Shown piece by piece: positions 36,067-48,704 of a stretch of DNA of 64,000 nucleotides (position 1 is its first letter; the number at the start of each line of letters is the position of its first letter). The stretch spans positions 9,982,001 through 10,046,000 of the forward strand of contig CM126231.1 of NCBI GenBank assembly GCA_052327205.1, in the 5' to 3' direction. This DNA comes from Somniosus microcephalus (Eukaryota). The position numbers and the translations under genes are program-made. The notes below the pieces were generated by a model. It did no database searches. It saw only the letters and a list, made by a program, of their open reading frames with translations, and was not told the DNA's origin.

Positions 36067-38963
36067 ACATAGAAACATAGAGATAGGAACAGGAGTAGGC
36101 CATTCGGCCCTTCGAGCCTGCTCCGCCATTCAATGAGATCATGGCTGATCTTCGTCTGAGATCATAGCTGATCTTACCAGTTCAGTACCCCGTCCCCGCC
36201 TTTTCTCCGTAACCCTTAATCCCCTTAGCCTTCAGAAATATATCCAATTCTCTCTTGAAAATATTTATTGAATTAGCCTTCGCAGCCCTCTGTGGCAGGG
36301 AATTCCACAGGCTCACCACTCTTTGAGTGAAGAAATTCTTCCTCATCTCTGTTTTAAATGATTTGCCCGCTATTTTTAGACTGTGGCCCCTGGTTCTGTG
36401 CTCCCCGGCCATTGGAAACATTCTCTCTGAATTCAGCCTGTCCAGGCCTGCCATAATTTTATATGTTTCGATGAGATCCCCTCTCAATCTTCTAAACTCC
36501 AGTGAGTACAAGCCCAAACTATTTAATCTCTCTTCGTAGGTCATTCCCGCCATTCCAGGTATCAGCCTGGTGAATCGCCGTTGCACTCTTTCCATGGCAA
36601 GAACATCCTTCCGCAGATGGGGCGACCAAAACTGTACACAATACTCCAGATGCGGTCTCACCAACACCTTGTACAGCTGTAGTAAGGTATCCCTATTCCT
36701 ATACTCGAACCCCCTTGATATGAAGGCCAACATACCATTTGCCTTCTTAATCGCCTGTTGCACCTGCATGCTCTCCTTCAGTGACTGGTGCACAAGAACA
36801 CCCAGGTCCCTCTGCACTTCCCCATCTCCCAATCTATTGCCGTTTAGATAATAATCTACCCTCCTGTTTTTACCCCCAAAGTGGATAACCTCGCATTTAT
36901 CCACATTATAGTGCATCTGCCACGTATCCGCCCATTCCCCCAACCTGTCCAAATCGCACTGTAGCCTCCTGACATCCTCATCAGAGCCCACCCCTCCTCC
37001 TAGTTTAGTGTCGTCAGCGAATTTGGAAATATTGCATCCAATTCCCTGATCCAGATCATTTATATATATTGTGAACAGCTGGGGTCCCAGGACAGATCCT
37101 TGCGGCACCCCGCTGGTCACTGCCTGCCACTCCGAAAACGAGCCGTTTATTCCAACTCTCTGTTTTCTATCCGCCAGCCAGTTCTCTATCCACGTTAATA
37201 CTTTGCCCCCAATCCCATGAGCCTTAATTTTGCATGATAATCTTTTGTGTGGAACCTTATCGAAGGCTTTCTGGAAGTCAAGGTACACCACATCCACTGG
37301 CTCTCCCCCATCTATTTTACCAGTTACTTCCTCAAAAAATTCCAGCAGATTAGTCAAACACGATTTACCCTTTGTAAATCCATGTTGACTCTGTCCGATC
37401 CTTTCCCCATTTGTCAAGTGCTCCGCTATTTTATCCTTAATAATGGACTCTAGCATTCTGCCCACAACCGATGTAAGGCTTACTGGTCTATAATTCCCTG
37501 CTTTCTCTCTACCCCCATTTTTAAATATTGGGGTAACATTAGCTACCCTCCAATCCACGGGTACTGTTCCCGAGTCAATGGAGTTCCGGAAGATGATCCT
37601 TAGAGCATCTGCTATCTCCAGGGCCACCTCCTTAAGTACCCTAGGATGTAGTTTATCAGGCCCCGGGGATTTGTCGGCCTTCAGTCCCCTCAACTTACCC
37701 AGCACCATATCCCTAGAGATACTAATTTCTGTCAGCTCCTCCCTCTCATTAGTCCCTATATTTGCCGATATTCCTGGGAGGTTATTTGTGTCCTCCTTTG
37801 TGAATACAGAACCAAAGTATGAGTTTAATTGGTCTGCCATTTCCTTATTCTCCATTATATATTCTCCCGAATCGGACTGCAAGGGACCGACTTGGGATTT
37901 TACCAGTCTTTTCCTCCTGATATACCGATAAAAGCTTTTGCAGTCTGTCTTTATGTTTGCTGCAAGTTTACTTTCGTATTCTATTTTCCCCTTCCTGATT
38001 AATCCCTTTGTCCTCTTTTGCTGTATCTTGTACTGCCCTCAATCTTCCGGTCTGGTGCTTTTTTTTGCCAGTTGATATGCCCTTTTTTTTTATTTTATGC
38101 TGTCCCTAATTTCCCTCGTTATCCACGGTTGAGTCACCTTTTTAGGTTTATTTTTGTGCCAAACCGGTATAAACATGTTCTGGAATTCTTCCATTCTATC
38201 TTTGAATGCTTGCCATTGTCTATCCACTGTCAATCCCCCCAGAAACACCACCCAATCAATCTTACCCAATTCCCGTCTCATACCCTCGTAATTCCCTTTA
38301 TTTAAGTTCTGGACCTTAGTCTCTGATTCAATTTCCTCACTCTCCATCTCGACTGAGAGCTCGATCATATTATGATCGCTCTGACCCAAGGGGCCTCGTA
38401 CAAGAAGATTGCTGATAAGTCCCTTCTCATTGCACAATACCCAGTCTAAAATGGCCTGATCTCGAGTCGGCTCCTCGACATATTGGTCCAGATAACCGTC
38501 CCGAAAACATTCCAGGAATTCCTCCTCCTCAGAATTTTTACTAGTTTGGGTAGTCCAATCAATATGTAAATTAAAGTCACCCATGATGACAGCTGTGCTC
38601 TTATCGCACGCTTCTCTAATTTCCCTTTTTATGCCTTCCCTCACCTCCATATTACTATTTGGAGGCCTATATATCACACCCACTAACGTTTTCCTCCCCT
38701 TGCTATTTCTCATTTCTACCCATACAGATTCCGTTTCATCCGAGTTAATATCCTTCCTTTCCATTGCATTAATCCCCTCCTTTACCAGCAATGTTACCCC
38801 ACCTCCCCTACCTTTTTGCCGATCCTTCCTAAATATTGTATATCCCTGGATGTTAAGTTCCCAGCCTTGCCCACCCTGCAGCCACGTTTCTGTAATCCCA
38901 ATCAAATCATACTTGTTTACCTCTATTTCCACAACTAATTCATCCACCTTGTTCCTAATGCTT
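36067..38963 (-). mobile_element. CR1 LINE with nearly complete ORF2 (APE endonuclease plus RT) inserted in Gypsy integrase
   Basis: ORFs 38090-38947 (GITETW, GDFN, SDH) and 36182-37882 (PGPD, DFQKAFD, FADD) are in the same frame, separated by two stops (38090-92, 38039-41). Confidence 0.95.
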
Positions 38964-41786
38964 CTTGGCTCTATCTGGGCAGTAGAACCAAGGCTTGCAC
39001 TCAGCGCAAGTGCGGCAGTTCCTGGTCAGAGACCGAACTTCCTCAATCGAGTAGGGTAAGTTACGGGACTTTATGAAGTGGAACAGCCGCGTGACCCCTG
39101 GGTGGCAGAGGTCGTTGTGGAGGGTCTGTAGCCGATCCCCGGTGGCGCTGGCACACATCCCTCATGAGAGGGCGTCAGGGGATTCGTTAAGGGCCCCTGG
39201 CCGGTAAATGATGTCATACTCGAAGGTGGAGAGCTCGATCCGCCACCTAAGAATCTTATCATTTTTAATCTTCCCCCTCTGTTTATTATTGAACATAAAC
39301 GCTACCGACCGCTGGTCGGTAAGTAGGGTGAAGCGTTTGCCGGCTAGGTAGTGGCGCCAGTGGCGCACTGCCTCCACGATGGCTTGGGCCTCCTTTTCCA
39401 CGGAGGAGTGTCTGATCTCGGGCCCTTGGAGGGTCCTCGAGAAGAAAGCTACGGGCCGCCCCGCCTGGTTGAGGGTGGCCGCCAAGGCGAAGTCAGACGC
39501 ATCACTTTCCACTTGAAATGGAGTGTTCTCGTCCACTGCCTGTAGCGTGGCCCGCTCAATATCCTGCTTAATGCTTTTGAAGGCGGCGTGGGCCTCAGCA
39601 GAGAGCGGAAAAGAGGATGCTTTCAAGAGGGGGCGGGCTTTGTCGGAGTATTTGGGGACCCATTGGGAATAATAAGAAAATAACCCCAGGCACCTTTTCA
39701 GGGCTTTGGGAGTGTTGGGCAGGGGCAGCTCCCGTAGGGGGCGCAATCGGTCGGGGTCTGGTCCGATTTCCCCATTCTCCACCACGCTGCCTAGTATGCA
39801 GAGGCGCGTGGTGTTGAAAACGCACTTGTCCTCGTTGTAGGTGAGGTTGAGTTTTTGTGTGGTTTCCAGGAACCTCTCGAGGTTCAAGTCGTGATCCTGC
39901 TGGTTGTGACCGCAGATGGTGACGTTGTCGAGGTAGGGGAAGGTTGCCTGCAAGTGGTGGTCATCGACCATGCGGTCCATCTCCCTCTGGAAGACCGAGA
40001 CCCCATTCGTCACCCCAAAGGGGACTCTGAGGAATTGGTAGAGGCGTCCGTTCGCCTCGAAGGCGGTGTACGGGCGGTCCTCTGGTCTGATAGGGAGCTG
40101 GTGGTATGCTGACTTGAGGTCGATGGTGGAGAACACCCGGTATTGGGCGATTTGGTTCACCATTTCTGATATGCGGGGTAGCGGGTAGGCGTCTAGTTGG
40201 GTGTACCTGTTGATCGTTTGGCTATAGTCGATCACCATCCGTTTCTTCTCGCTACCCCTTACCACTACCACTTGGGCGCGCCACGGGCTGTTGCTGCGTT
40301 CAATAATGCGCTCCCTCAGCAGCCTGTCCACCTCGGTCGCGATAAACCGCCTGTCCTCCCAGCTGTACCTCCTGCTTTTGGTCGCTATTGGCTGGCAGTT
40401 AGGGGTAAGGTTCGCGAATAGCGAAGGCGGCTTTGCCTTCAGGGTAGCCAGACCGCACACTGTGAGGGGCGGCTGGGACCCACCGTACTTGAGCGTGATG
40501 CTTTGGTGGTTGCACTGGAAATCCAGGCCCAAGATCACGCTCGCACATAGATTCTTCATGATTAATACTTTAAAATTATCATATACAGTTCCGTTAACGG
40601 ACAATTGTACCGTGCAGTAACCCAGAATGGTCGATGTCTGGATTTTATCAGCCATAGAGATGGTGCCCTGAGTAGGGACCACCTTTAGGGAGAGTTGTTG
40701 TGCCAGTTCAGGGTGGATAAAACTCTCCGTGCTTCCACTGTCCATTAAACATTTAACCCTGCACCCGTTTACCTCGATGTCCACCATTGATTTGGATAGC
40801 GGGTGCGGCCTGGTCTGGTCCACTGTGACCGATGCCACTGTAGGGCCCTGATCGAGACAAGATGGCGTCCACGCTGTCTGCTCATAAGATGGCAGACCCC
40901 ACGAGGTCGGGCAAGATGGCGTCCAAGATGGCTGCTCCCACAGCGCGCACGCGGCGGTGGCGGGTTTTCCGGCGGTTGGTTTTCCGGCGGGGTTCCCTCT
41001 GCACACCTTCCCGAAGTGCCCCTTCTTACCGCACTTAAAGCAGGTGGTGCCTTTCGCCGGGCACAGGTTTCTGGTGTGCTTTGGCTGCCCGCAGAAGTAG
41101 CAGTTGGGTCCCCGATGCGTCGCGGCTGTCGTAGGGCTTCTGGGGGGAGAGCGGGGCCCCGACGGTGTCGGGCTGCCGGGCGGGGAAGATGCCTTCCAAG
41201 ATGGCGGCGCCCTTGGTGCACACGTGGCGGCGTGGACGGCGCGGGCTGAAGAGTAGGCGTCCGAGTTTCTCTGGGCCACATCCAGGGATCGCGCGGTGTC
41301 CGCAGCCTGTTTCAGGTCCAATCCCGTTTTTTCCAACAGTCTTTGCCGGATGTAAGTGGAGCTGAGGCCTGTGATAAAGACATCGCGAACAAGCTCGTCA
41401 GTGTACACTGCGGCTTTTACATCTCGGCACTTGCAGTCTTTGCCAAGCATTTTCAGGGTGCCTAGGAACTCCTCCACCGATTCCCCAGGTCGCTGTGCGC
41501 GAGTAGCGAGCAGATGCCTAGCATACACCTCATTCGTAGGCTGCTGGTAATGCACCTTTAAGATGTCGCAGGCGGCCAGGTACTTGTCGGCGTCTTGGAT
41601 GAGGGGGTAAACCCGGTGGCTTACCCAATTCCGCAGAATTCCGAGTTTCACACTCGCAGCGTCTTTGACGGCTGCGGAATTGTCCAGGAAGAATTCCATA
41701 CACATAAACCAGTGTCCGAAGCGTGCTGATGCGTCCGGAGCATGCTGATCCAAATCCAAACGTTCGGGTTTCAGGAGTTGATCCAT
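38964..41786 (-). pseudogene. Gypsy gag-pol, 5' part (Gag, protease, RT, RNase H, integrase Zn finger)
   Basis: Two CCHC knuckles (CYFCGQPKHTRNLC, CFKCGKKGHFGKVC), LMDSGS, RT IDLKSAYHQ/PFG/YLDN, RNase H SDASD, HNDLCHPG..CRTC; in-frame TGA at 39162-64. Confidence 0.93.
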
Positions 41787-42134
41787 TGTGTTGAAAAATA
41801 AGTTCATAAAATTGATGTGCCTCAATAATTCCGAGACTCGATGTTAGCGAAAGAAAACAAGGCTTTTATTAACTTAGAAGGTAACACGTAGTGGAGAGAG
41901 GTATCTTCCATCCGGACGGCTGCAGTACTGGATATGAGGCCAGACTGAGCTTGCTTACATAGGGGCCAGGTATGGGCGGAGCCCTACACACAACACATTC
42001 CAATATACAATACAATGGTGAGGAAACGGAACTGGGGGAAGGGAAATGAAACTGAAACCGACCACAGTCACAGGCAGTGATGAATGGAATATTTCATCAC
42101 AATAATCACTGGCACCATTTCATAAGCTGTGCAA

Positions 42135-42820
42135 GATATTAAAGGGAACTGATAGAGCAGCACGGTGGCATAGTGGTTAGCACTGTTGCCTCACAGCGCC
42201 AGGGACCCGGGTTCGAATCCGGTCTCGGGTGACTGCCTGTGTGGAGTTTGCACATTCTCCCCGTGTTTGCGTGGGTTTCCTCCGGGTGCTCCGGTTTCCT
42301 CCCACAGTCCAAAGATGTGCGGGTTAGGTTGTTTGGCTATGATAAATTGACCCTTAGTGTTAGGGGGATTAAATACGTGGGGTTACGGGGATAGGGTGGG
42401 ATATGTGTTGGTGTAGGTGTTACGGGGATCGGGTGGGATATGTTTCGGTGCAGGCTCGATGGGCCGAAATGGCCTCTATCTGCACTGTGGGGTTTCTGTG
42501 ATTTCTGTGATAGAGAGAAACTATTTCCGCTGGTTGGGGAATCTAGGACTAGGGGGCAGAGTCTAAAAATTAGAGCCAGACCTTTCAGGAGTGAAATTCG
42601 GAAACACTTCTACACACAAAGGGTGGCAGAAGTTTGGAACTCTCTTCCGCAAACTGATGCTAGATCAATTGTTAATTTTAAATCTGAGATTGATAAATTT
42701 TTGTTAACCTAAGGGACATGGGGCAAAGGCGGGTATATGGAGTTAGGCCGCAGATCAGCCATGATCTCATTGAATGGCGGAACAGGCTCGAAGGGCTGAA
42801 TGGCCTCCTCCTGTTCCTCT
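42135..42820 (+). mobile_element. CR1 3' fragment split by a V-SINE
   Basis: EKLFPLVGESRTRG..WNSLP peptide. Confidence 0.8.
42157..42510 (+). mobile_element. V-SINE (HE1-like), full length
   Basis: Near-identical to 427-780; TGATAGA repeated at both ends. Confidence 0.9.
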
Positions 42821-42933
42821 AAGCTCATCATTTGAATTTCTGTGGAACTATTAAAGGGGAATGCGCTCAATTTTTAAGCCAGTGTATGCAGCAGGCAGTT
42901 GGGGAAGACTTTGAATGAAATGTAGTCCTGTTA

Positions 42934-43251
42934 CAGGAAACTTTCGATTAACCGGCCCCTAAGTAACCGGAACGCTCTATCCACCGGCAAAATTCAGGAG
43001 TCGGTTCAGGTTACTTTTTTTTATATTTTTTACTCCATTTGTTGCTGTGCAAGGGTGTAGCTGAAGCTGTTGCTAAGCTACAGAGACGCTTGCAACTTGT
43101 GCCGATTGTTCTGAAGCTAAGCAACAGGGTTTGTTGCTTTATACGGAGCTCTGAGCTCCATATCTTTCACTATAGCGTTCGGTTAGCCGGAATTGTTGAT
43201 GAACCGGCACCACGTCGGTCCCGTCTGTGCCGGATACCAGAAAGTTTCCTG
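42934..43251 (+). mobile_element. Tigger-like MITE
   Basis: CAGGAAACTTTC TIR, TA TSD. Confidence 0.88.
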
Positions 43252-43389
43252 TATATTCATTTCCCTTCTTAAATCCTATTCACACATGTACTGGTTTACT
43301 CCAATAAAATCGTTCCAACTTTGATCAGAGCCATAGCAAAATCAGACGGGCAGCTGGATTACTGAGGCCAGGGCTTGCTCATCTATTAT

Positions 43390-44072
43390 CAAAATCATAA
43401 TCAACTTTATTGTCATTGTTAGTGCACAAGCGCAGTACAATGAAATGTAGGCTTGCGGCTCCCGAGAGTGTAAATTTAGATTAAGACATTTAAACATTCA
43501 ACATACATTTGGCTTGTAATACATTAACATAAACATAACCATAATAAAGTGCATTGGCAGATGTGCAGGCTTTAGAGTTTATTTGTGGAGTTCAGTAGGA
43601 TGACAGCCCTGGGAAAGAAGCTGTTCCTAAATCTGGTCGTACGGGTGCGAATGCATCTGTAGCGTCTCCCAGATGGCAGGAGGGCGAACAGACTGTGGCT
43701 GGGGTGGGTAGGGTCTTTGATGATGGACCGTGACCTCCGTAGACAGCGTTTCTGGTATATGTGCTCTATGGTCGGTAGCCGGGTGCCGGTAATGCGTTGG
43801 GCAGTTTTGACTACCCGCTGCAGGGCTTTCTGGTCATAGTAGCTACAGCTGCCATACCATACTGTGATACAGTTTGTCAGGATGCTCTCTATTGTGCAGC
43901 GGTAAAAGTTAGAGAGGATCAGGGGTGACAGGTTACATCCCTTCAGCCTCCTTAGGAAATATAGGCGCTGCTGGGCCTTCTTCACCAGAGAGGAGGTATT
44001 GAGGGACCAGGAGAGGTCTTCCGTGGTGTGGACTCCGAGGAACTTAAAGCTGTCCACCCTTTCCACCACAGC
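43390..44072 (-). mobile_element. Rex1/Babar-like LINE 3' fragment
   Basis: VERVDSFKFLGVH..KKAQQRLYFLRRL..FYRCTIESIL..LLPSGRRYR..NSFFPRAV; AATAAA tail on the minus strand. Confidence 0.85.
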
Positions 44073-44379
44073 CTTGGTGAAGTATGCCAAATATATTTTT
44101 ATATTAATGTCCGGGTAAAACCAGCGTTCAAGCTGCAGGAGTGTGTTTACTAATGTCCGGAGATAAGCAATTTCTGTGGCTGGGATTCATGAAATGAATC
44201 ATCAGCAGAAACTCTTGATGCTCAATTCTTTGCAGCTCGGCCTCTTGTTGTTGCAGTCAACAGTAATTGCAGTGTCTGCTCCTGGCATGTCATTTCTCAT
44301 TTCATTCCCCTGTCGTTTGAAAATAAGAAGAAAACTGCTGAGTGGGTTTGATTGCTGCGACCTCCTTAACAGGCTTAGT

Positions 44380-44935
44380 ACAACAACTTGCATTTATATG
44401 GTGCCTTTAACGTAGTCCCAAGGCGCTCCACAGGAGCGATTATCAAACAAAATTTGACACCGATCCACATAAGGAGATATTAGGGCAAGTGACCAAAAGT
44501 TTGGTCAAAGAGGTAGTTTTTAAGGAGCGTCTTAAAGGAGGAGAGGCGGAGAGATTTAGGGAGGGAATTCCAGAATTTAGCGCCTCGGCAGCTGAAGGCA
44601 CGGCCGCCAACGGTGGAGCGATTAAAATCGGGGATGCGCAAGAGGCCAGAATTGGTGGAGCGCAGAGATCTCGGAGGGTTGTCGGGCTGGGTGGGAGGGG
44701 GCGAGGGTCATGGAGGGATTTGAAAGCAAGGGTGAGAATTTTAAAATCGAGGCGTTGCTTAACCAGGAGCCAGTGTAGGTCAGCGAGCACAGGGGGTGAT
44801 GGGTGAACGGGACTTGGTGCGGGTTAGGACACGGGGCAGCAGAGTGTTGGATGACCTCAAGTTGACGGAGGGTAGAACATGGGAGGCCGGCCAGGAATGC
44901 GTTGGAATAGTCAAGTCTAAAGGTAACAAAAGGCA
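44380..44935 (-). mobile_element. L2 3' fragment
   Basis: RLDYSNAFLAGLP peptide and tail. Confidence 0.87.
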
Positions 44936-45460
44936 TGGATCCCTATTAAAGAAAATTACGTCGAATCTTTTATATCCTGGGGGATTCGTTGGATGTATAG
45001 AGTGTTCGTTTTCATTACAAGTTGCCATTATGTAGCACAAATCGGTGATCTCACTTTGACAGGCTGTAAGGGTGGTTTTTGTGAGAAATAGGGAAAGCGA
45101 ATACTAGTCCAGTTAGAGATGCTATTCCCAGATTGAGGGTTTGATTTTGCTGCACCTAGACCACATTGGCGATCTCCCCCCCCCCCCCCCCCACCTCCCG
45201 CCCTTGGAGAGCATCCCTTACTGAACCCAGTCGTCCCTCCCCCTATTTCTTTCTCCAGCTATCCAGTAAATCTTTTGAGCAGTGTGAGGGGAAGCCTTTC
45301 CTAACCAGGCCTGAGAGTAGACGCCAACTTTGGAAGATGGGTCATCCTCCATTGCTGACGGCCTTCACCTTGACCAGACACACACACATTCATCAAGCAG
45401 GTTTCCCTCGTTTGTTAGACCTTTGGTGGAACCGTATTGGGAAAAAAAAGCTTGACTTGT

Positions 45461-45687
45461 TGACATGAATCAGTCATTCATGAAAGAAAGACTTATAAAA
45501 TAATACAGAGCGGCCTGTGGGTGGCGCTGTCCAGGGAGAGTACAAATACTCGGGCACGGGCCCAGCTTGCGCAGGACATTCTTAACAGGAACTAGTGAAG
45601 GACACAACTAGACCTCCATGTTGTAAAACAGTTGATTAAAGCTTTGTTTAATGCTTAGACCAAGTGTCTAGTAGTTTTCTTATGTCA
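45461..45687 (+). mobile_element. ~227-bp solo LTR, copy 2
   Basis: TGACAT...ATGTCA ends, 5-bp TSD CTTGT. Confidence 0.88.
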
Positions 45688-46065
45688 CTTGTATTCCTGG
45701 TCCGGCTAGCAGGGATGAAGTGCCCATTTAACTCCAGTCCCTGCCTGGAATTTATTGCATCTCACCGAAGGCCTTTCTTTATCATTTATACGGTTTATTT
45801 CTTTTTCCTCCCAATTTTCTCCCCTCCAGCTCGTGCTGCGGGTGTTGGCAGCCTTGCGCTGACCCGTCCAACTGCTCACTCTTTGTGTGAGCTTTAGACA
45901 GTGAGTGATGGCAGGCTGTTTGATTGCAGTGGGTACCAGAGCCAAGCTTCATTGTGCCGTCGCTCAATATCTACACAATTTCACTTCTCACCAGGGCTCC
46001 CCGGATAACAATCAGCAGTTGAGAGCTCAGGCCAATTTTTGTTTCTCTCTCTCTCCCTTTCTCGC

Positions 46066-46317
46066 NNNNNNNNNNNNNNNNNNNNNNNNNNNNNNNNNNN
46101 NNNNNNNNNNNNNNNNNNNNNNNNNNNNNNNNNNNNNNNNNNNNNNNNNNNNNNNNNNNNNNNNNNNNNNNNNNNNNNNNNNNNNNNNNNNNNNNNNNNN
46201 NNNNNNNNNNNNNNNNNNNNNNNNNNNNNNNNNNNNNNNNNNNNNNNNNNNNNNNNNNNNNNNNNNNNNNNNNNNNNNNNNNNNNNNNNNNNNNNNNNNN
46301 NNNNNNNNNNNNNNNNN
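46066..46317. other. Assembly gap
   Basis: Run of N. Confidence 1.
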
Positions 46318-46857
46318 GAAACCAGTTACAGTGTGTTCACGGCAGCGCTGACTGAGATCAGCCTTCAATCCTGGTCATGTATGGCTCAGTCCTGTGACGG
46401 GGCTGGATTTGTTGTTGTTGATGTGGACAAGTGTTATGACTGTAGCAACCAGTTAATCTCAGGATGAAAGTGATTTAATTTTCATAGGCGAGGGGAGGGA
46501 AGTATAATTCATGAAGGAATTACGGTTCGGGACTTCAGACAGCCATAGGATGTCCCAATATAGCAAAATGCATAAAGCAGGCGCATTATTGTTGTGAGCT
46601 GGGAGATGTTGGGGGCAGAGATGGGAAGCTTCAGCCAGAGCTGTTCGTCAGTGGAGCAGCTGTGAGACAGTGCAATTTTTGAGACTTCTGCGAGGCTGAA
46701 TTAATTGACATGCTTCCGTGAATACATGACTGATGTTTGTACTTCACTGTCAGTGAACTTAATTTGAGTCAGCTTTTTGGAATGTGCAAATCCGATCAGT
46801 TGGATTTCTGGCCCTGTACTGAATCACTTGCTGCTGTCAATTTGGATGGCTGTCTTT

Positions 46858-47240
46858 CAAAACTTGCATTTATATAGCGCCTTTAACGTAGTAAAACGTC
46901 CCAAGGCGCGTCACAGGAGCGATTATCAAACAAAATTTTGACACCGAGCCACATGAGGAGATATTAGGACAGGTGACCAAAAGCTTGGTCCAAGAGGGAG
47001 GTTTTAAGAAGCATCTTAAAGGAGGAAAGAGAGAGGGAGAGGTTTAGGGGGGGAATTGCAGAGCTTAGGGCCCGGGCAGCTGAAGGCACGGCCGCCAATG
47101 GTGGAGCGATTATAATCGGGGATGCGCAAGAGGCCGGAACTGGAGGAGTGCAGAGATCTCGGAGAGTTGTAGGGCTGACGTAGGTTACAGAGACAGGGCG
47201 AAGCCATGGAGGGAATTGAAAATAAGGATGGGAATTTTAA
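46858..47240 (-). mobile_element. L2 3' fragment
   Basis: Family similarity. Confidence 0.85.
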
Positions 47241-47662
47241 AATCGAGACGTTGCTCAACGTGACACACTTCTGTCAAGCGGTTGGCAGGTTTCTTCCCCC
47301 CATTAGATTTATTTCCATTCAGAACATCATATTCCACTTTACTGATGTACGCACATTTTCTGCGCACATGTCCATTTGCCTGTTTTGAGTGATGTGGCCA
47401 GAGTTTGCTTCCTTTCTCAGATCTCTGGTGTAATATTGTGGACCCATGGCCATGAATCCATATTGGGAAAGGAGCACGTAGATTGCTTGCTCCATTCCTT
47501 GGAGCCAACAGCATTTGAAGCCGCCTTATCCCAGCCTTTGCAGGACATCGATGCTCCTCCTGAAAACAAGAATGAGCTTTTTTCTGACATATGGTGTGGC
47601 ATCTTGAACAGTTTAAAGGCTGGCTTCTATATAAATGGAGGATATTCGCAAACAGAAATTTC

Positions 47663-48564
47663 ATGCCGTCTTTCAGATGAGATGTTAAACCGAGGCCCCG
47701 TCTGCTCTCTCGGGTGTATGTAAAAGATCCCATGGCCACTATTTCGAAGAAGAGCAGGGGGAGTTATCCCCAGTGTCCTGGGGCCAATATTTATCCCTCA
47801 ATCAACATCACTAAAACCAGATTATCTGGTCATCATCACATTGCTGTTTGTGGGATCTTGCTGTGCGCAAATTGGCTGCCACGTTTCCTACATTACAACA
47901 GTGACTACACTTCAAAAGTACTTCGTTGGCTGTAAAGCGCTTTGCAACGTCCGATGGTCGTGAAAGGCGCTATAGAAATGCAAGTCGTTCTTTTCTTTTT
48001 TCTTTCTTTGCCTGGAATTTCTCTCTCGCTATTTTTAATGGCGACATTAATCCATTTATTTTTGATCGCTTTATATCTAAAATAGCACTTGCAGGAAAGT
48101 TATACGAACACACCACTAACAAAGAGCACGCATTTGCGTTGTGTCTTTCACGACCTCCGGATGTCCCACTTTACAGCCAATTAAGTACTTTTGGATGTAC
48201 AGTCACTGTGTAATGTAGGAAACACAGCAAGGTGCAGATTGGCTGCCAGTGTTTCAGTGGGTCGCACACGCTCCTCTGAGTCAGAAGGTTGTGGGTTCAA
48301 GTCCCCGCTCCAGAGACTTGAGCACAAAATCCAGGCGGACGCTCCCAGTGCAGCGCTGAGGGAGCGCTGCACTGTCGGAGGTGCCGTCTTTCGGATGAGA
48401 CGTTAAACCGAGGCCCCGTTTGCTCTCTCAGGTGGACGTAAAAGATCCCATGGCACACCTCTTTTTGTTATGTTGATTGAGGGGTAAATATTGGCCAGGG
48501 CCCCTGCTCTTTTTCGAAGTCGTGCTACTGGACCTTTTGCTTCCACCTGAGAGGGCAGACGGGT

Positions 48565-48595
<31 letters not shown>

Positions 48596-48620
48596 ACCTC
48601 CGACAGCGCAGCGCTCACTA
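47663..48620. mobile_element. Cluster of Deu-SINE pieces in both orientations
   Basis: Plus 3' half 47663-47995, plus 5' half 48241-48455, minus pieces around it. Confidence 0.78.
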
Positions 48621-48704
48621 ATATTGGCACGGACAATTTCTATCCCATGAGCCCACAAAGCTCCGGGAAAATCAGGGTTAGCCCACAGTGGGTGTATTGC
48701 CAGA

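Larger units (their letters stand above)
34826..42101 (-). mobile_element. Full-length Gypsy LTR retrotransposon with nested CR1
   Basis: 289-bp LTRs (34826-35114, 41813-42101), 4 differences seen by eye; 5-bp TSD ATAAT; polypurine tract AGAAGGGGTGAA next to the 3' LTR; domain order gag-PR-RT-RH-IN. Confidence 0.96.

Noticed and set aside
43039-43272. Repeated peptide LLCKGVAEAVAKLQRRLQL (also 60184, 63353)
   Set aside because: Internal to Tigger-like MITEs; no transposase motif recognised
47421-47662. Open frame of about 80 codons after a good acceptor (CTTTCTCAG)
   Set aside because: No recognisable protein, no clear donor, runs into a SINE; insufficient support
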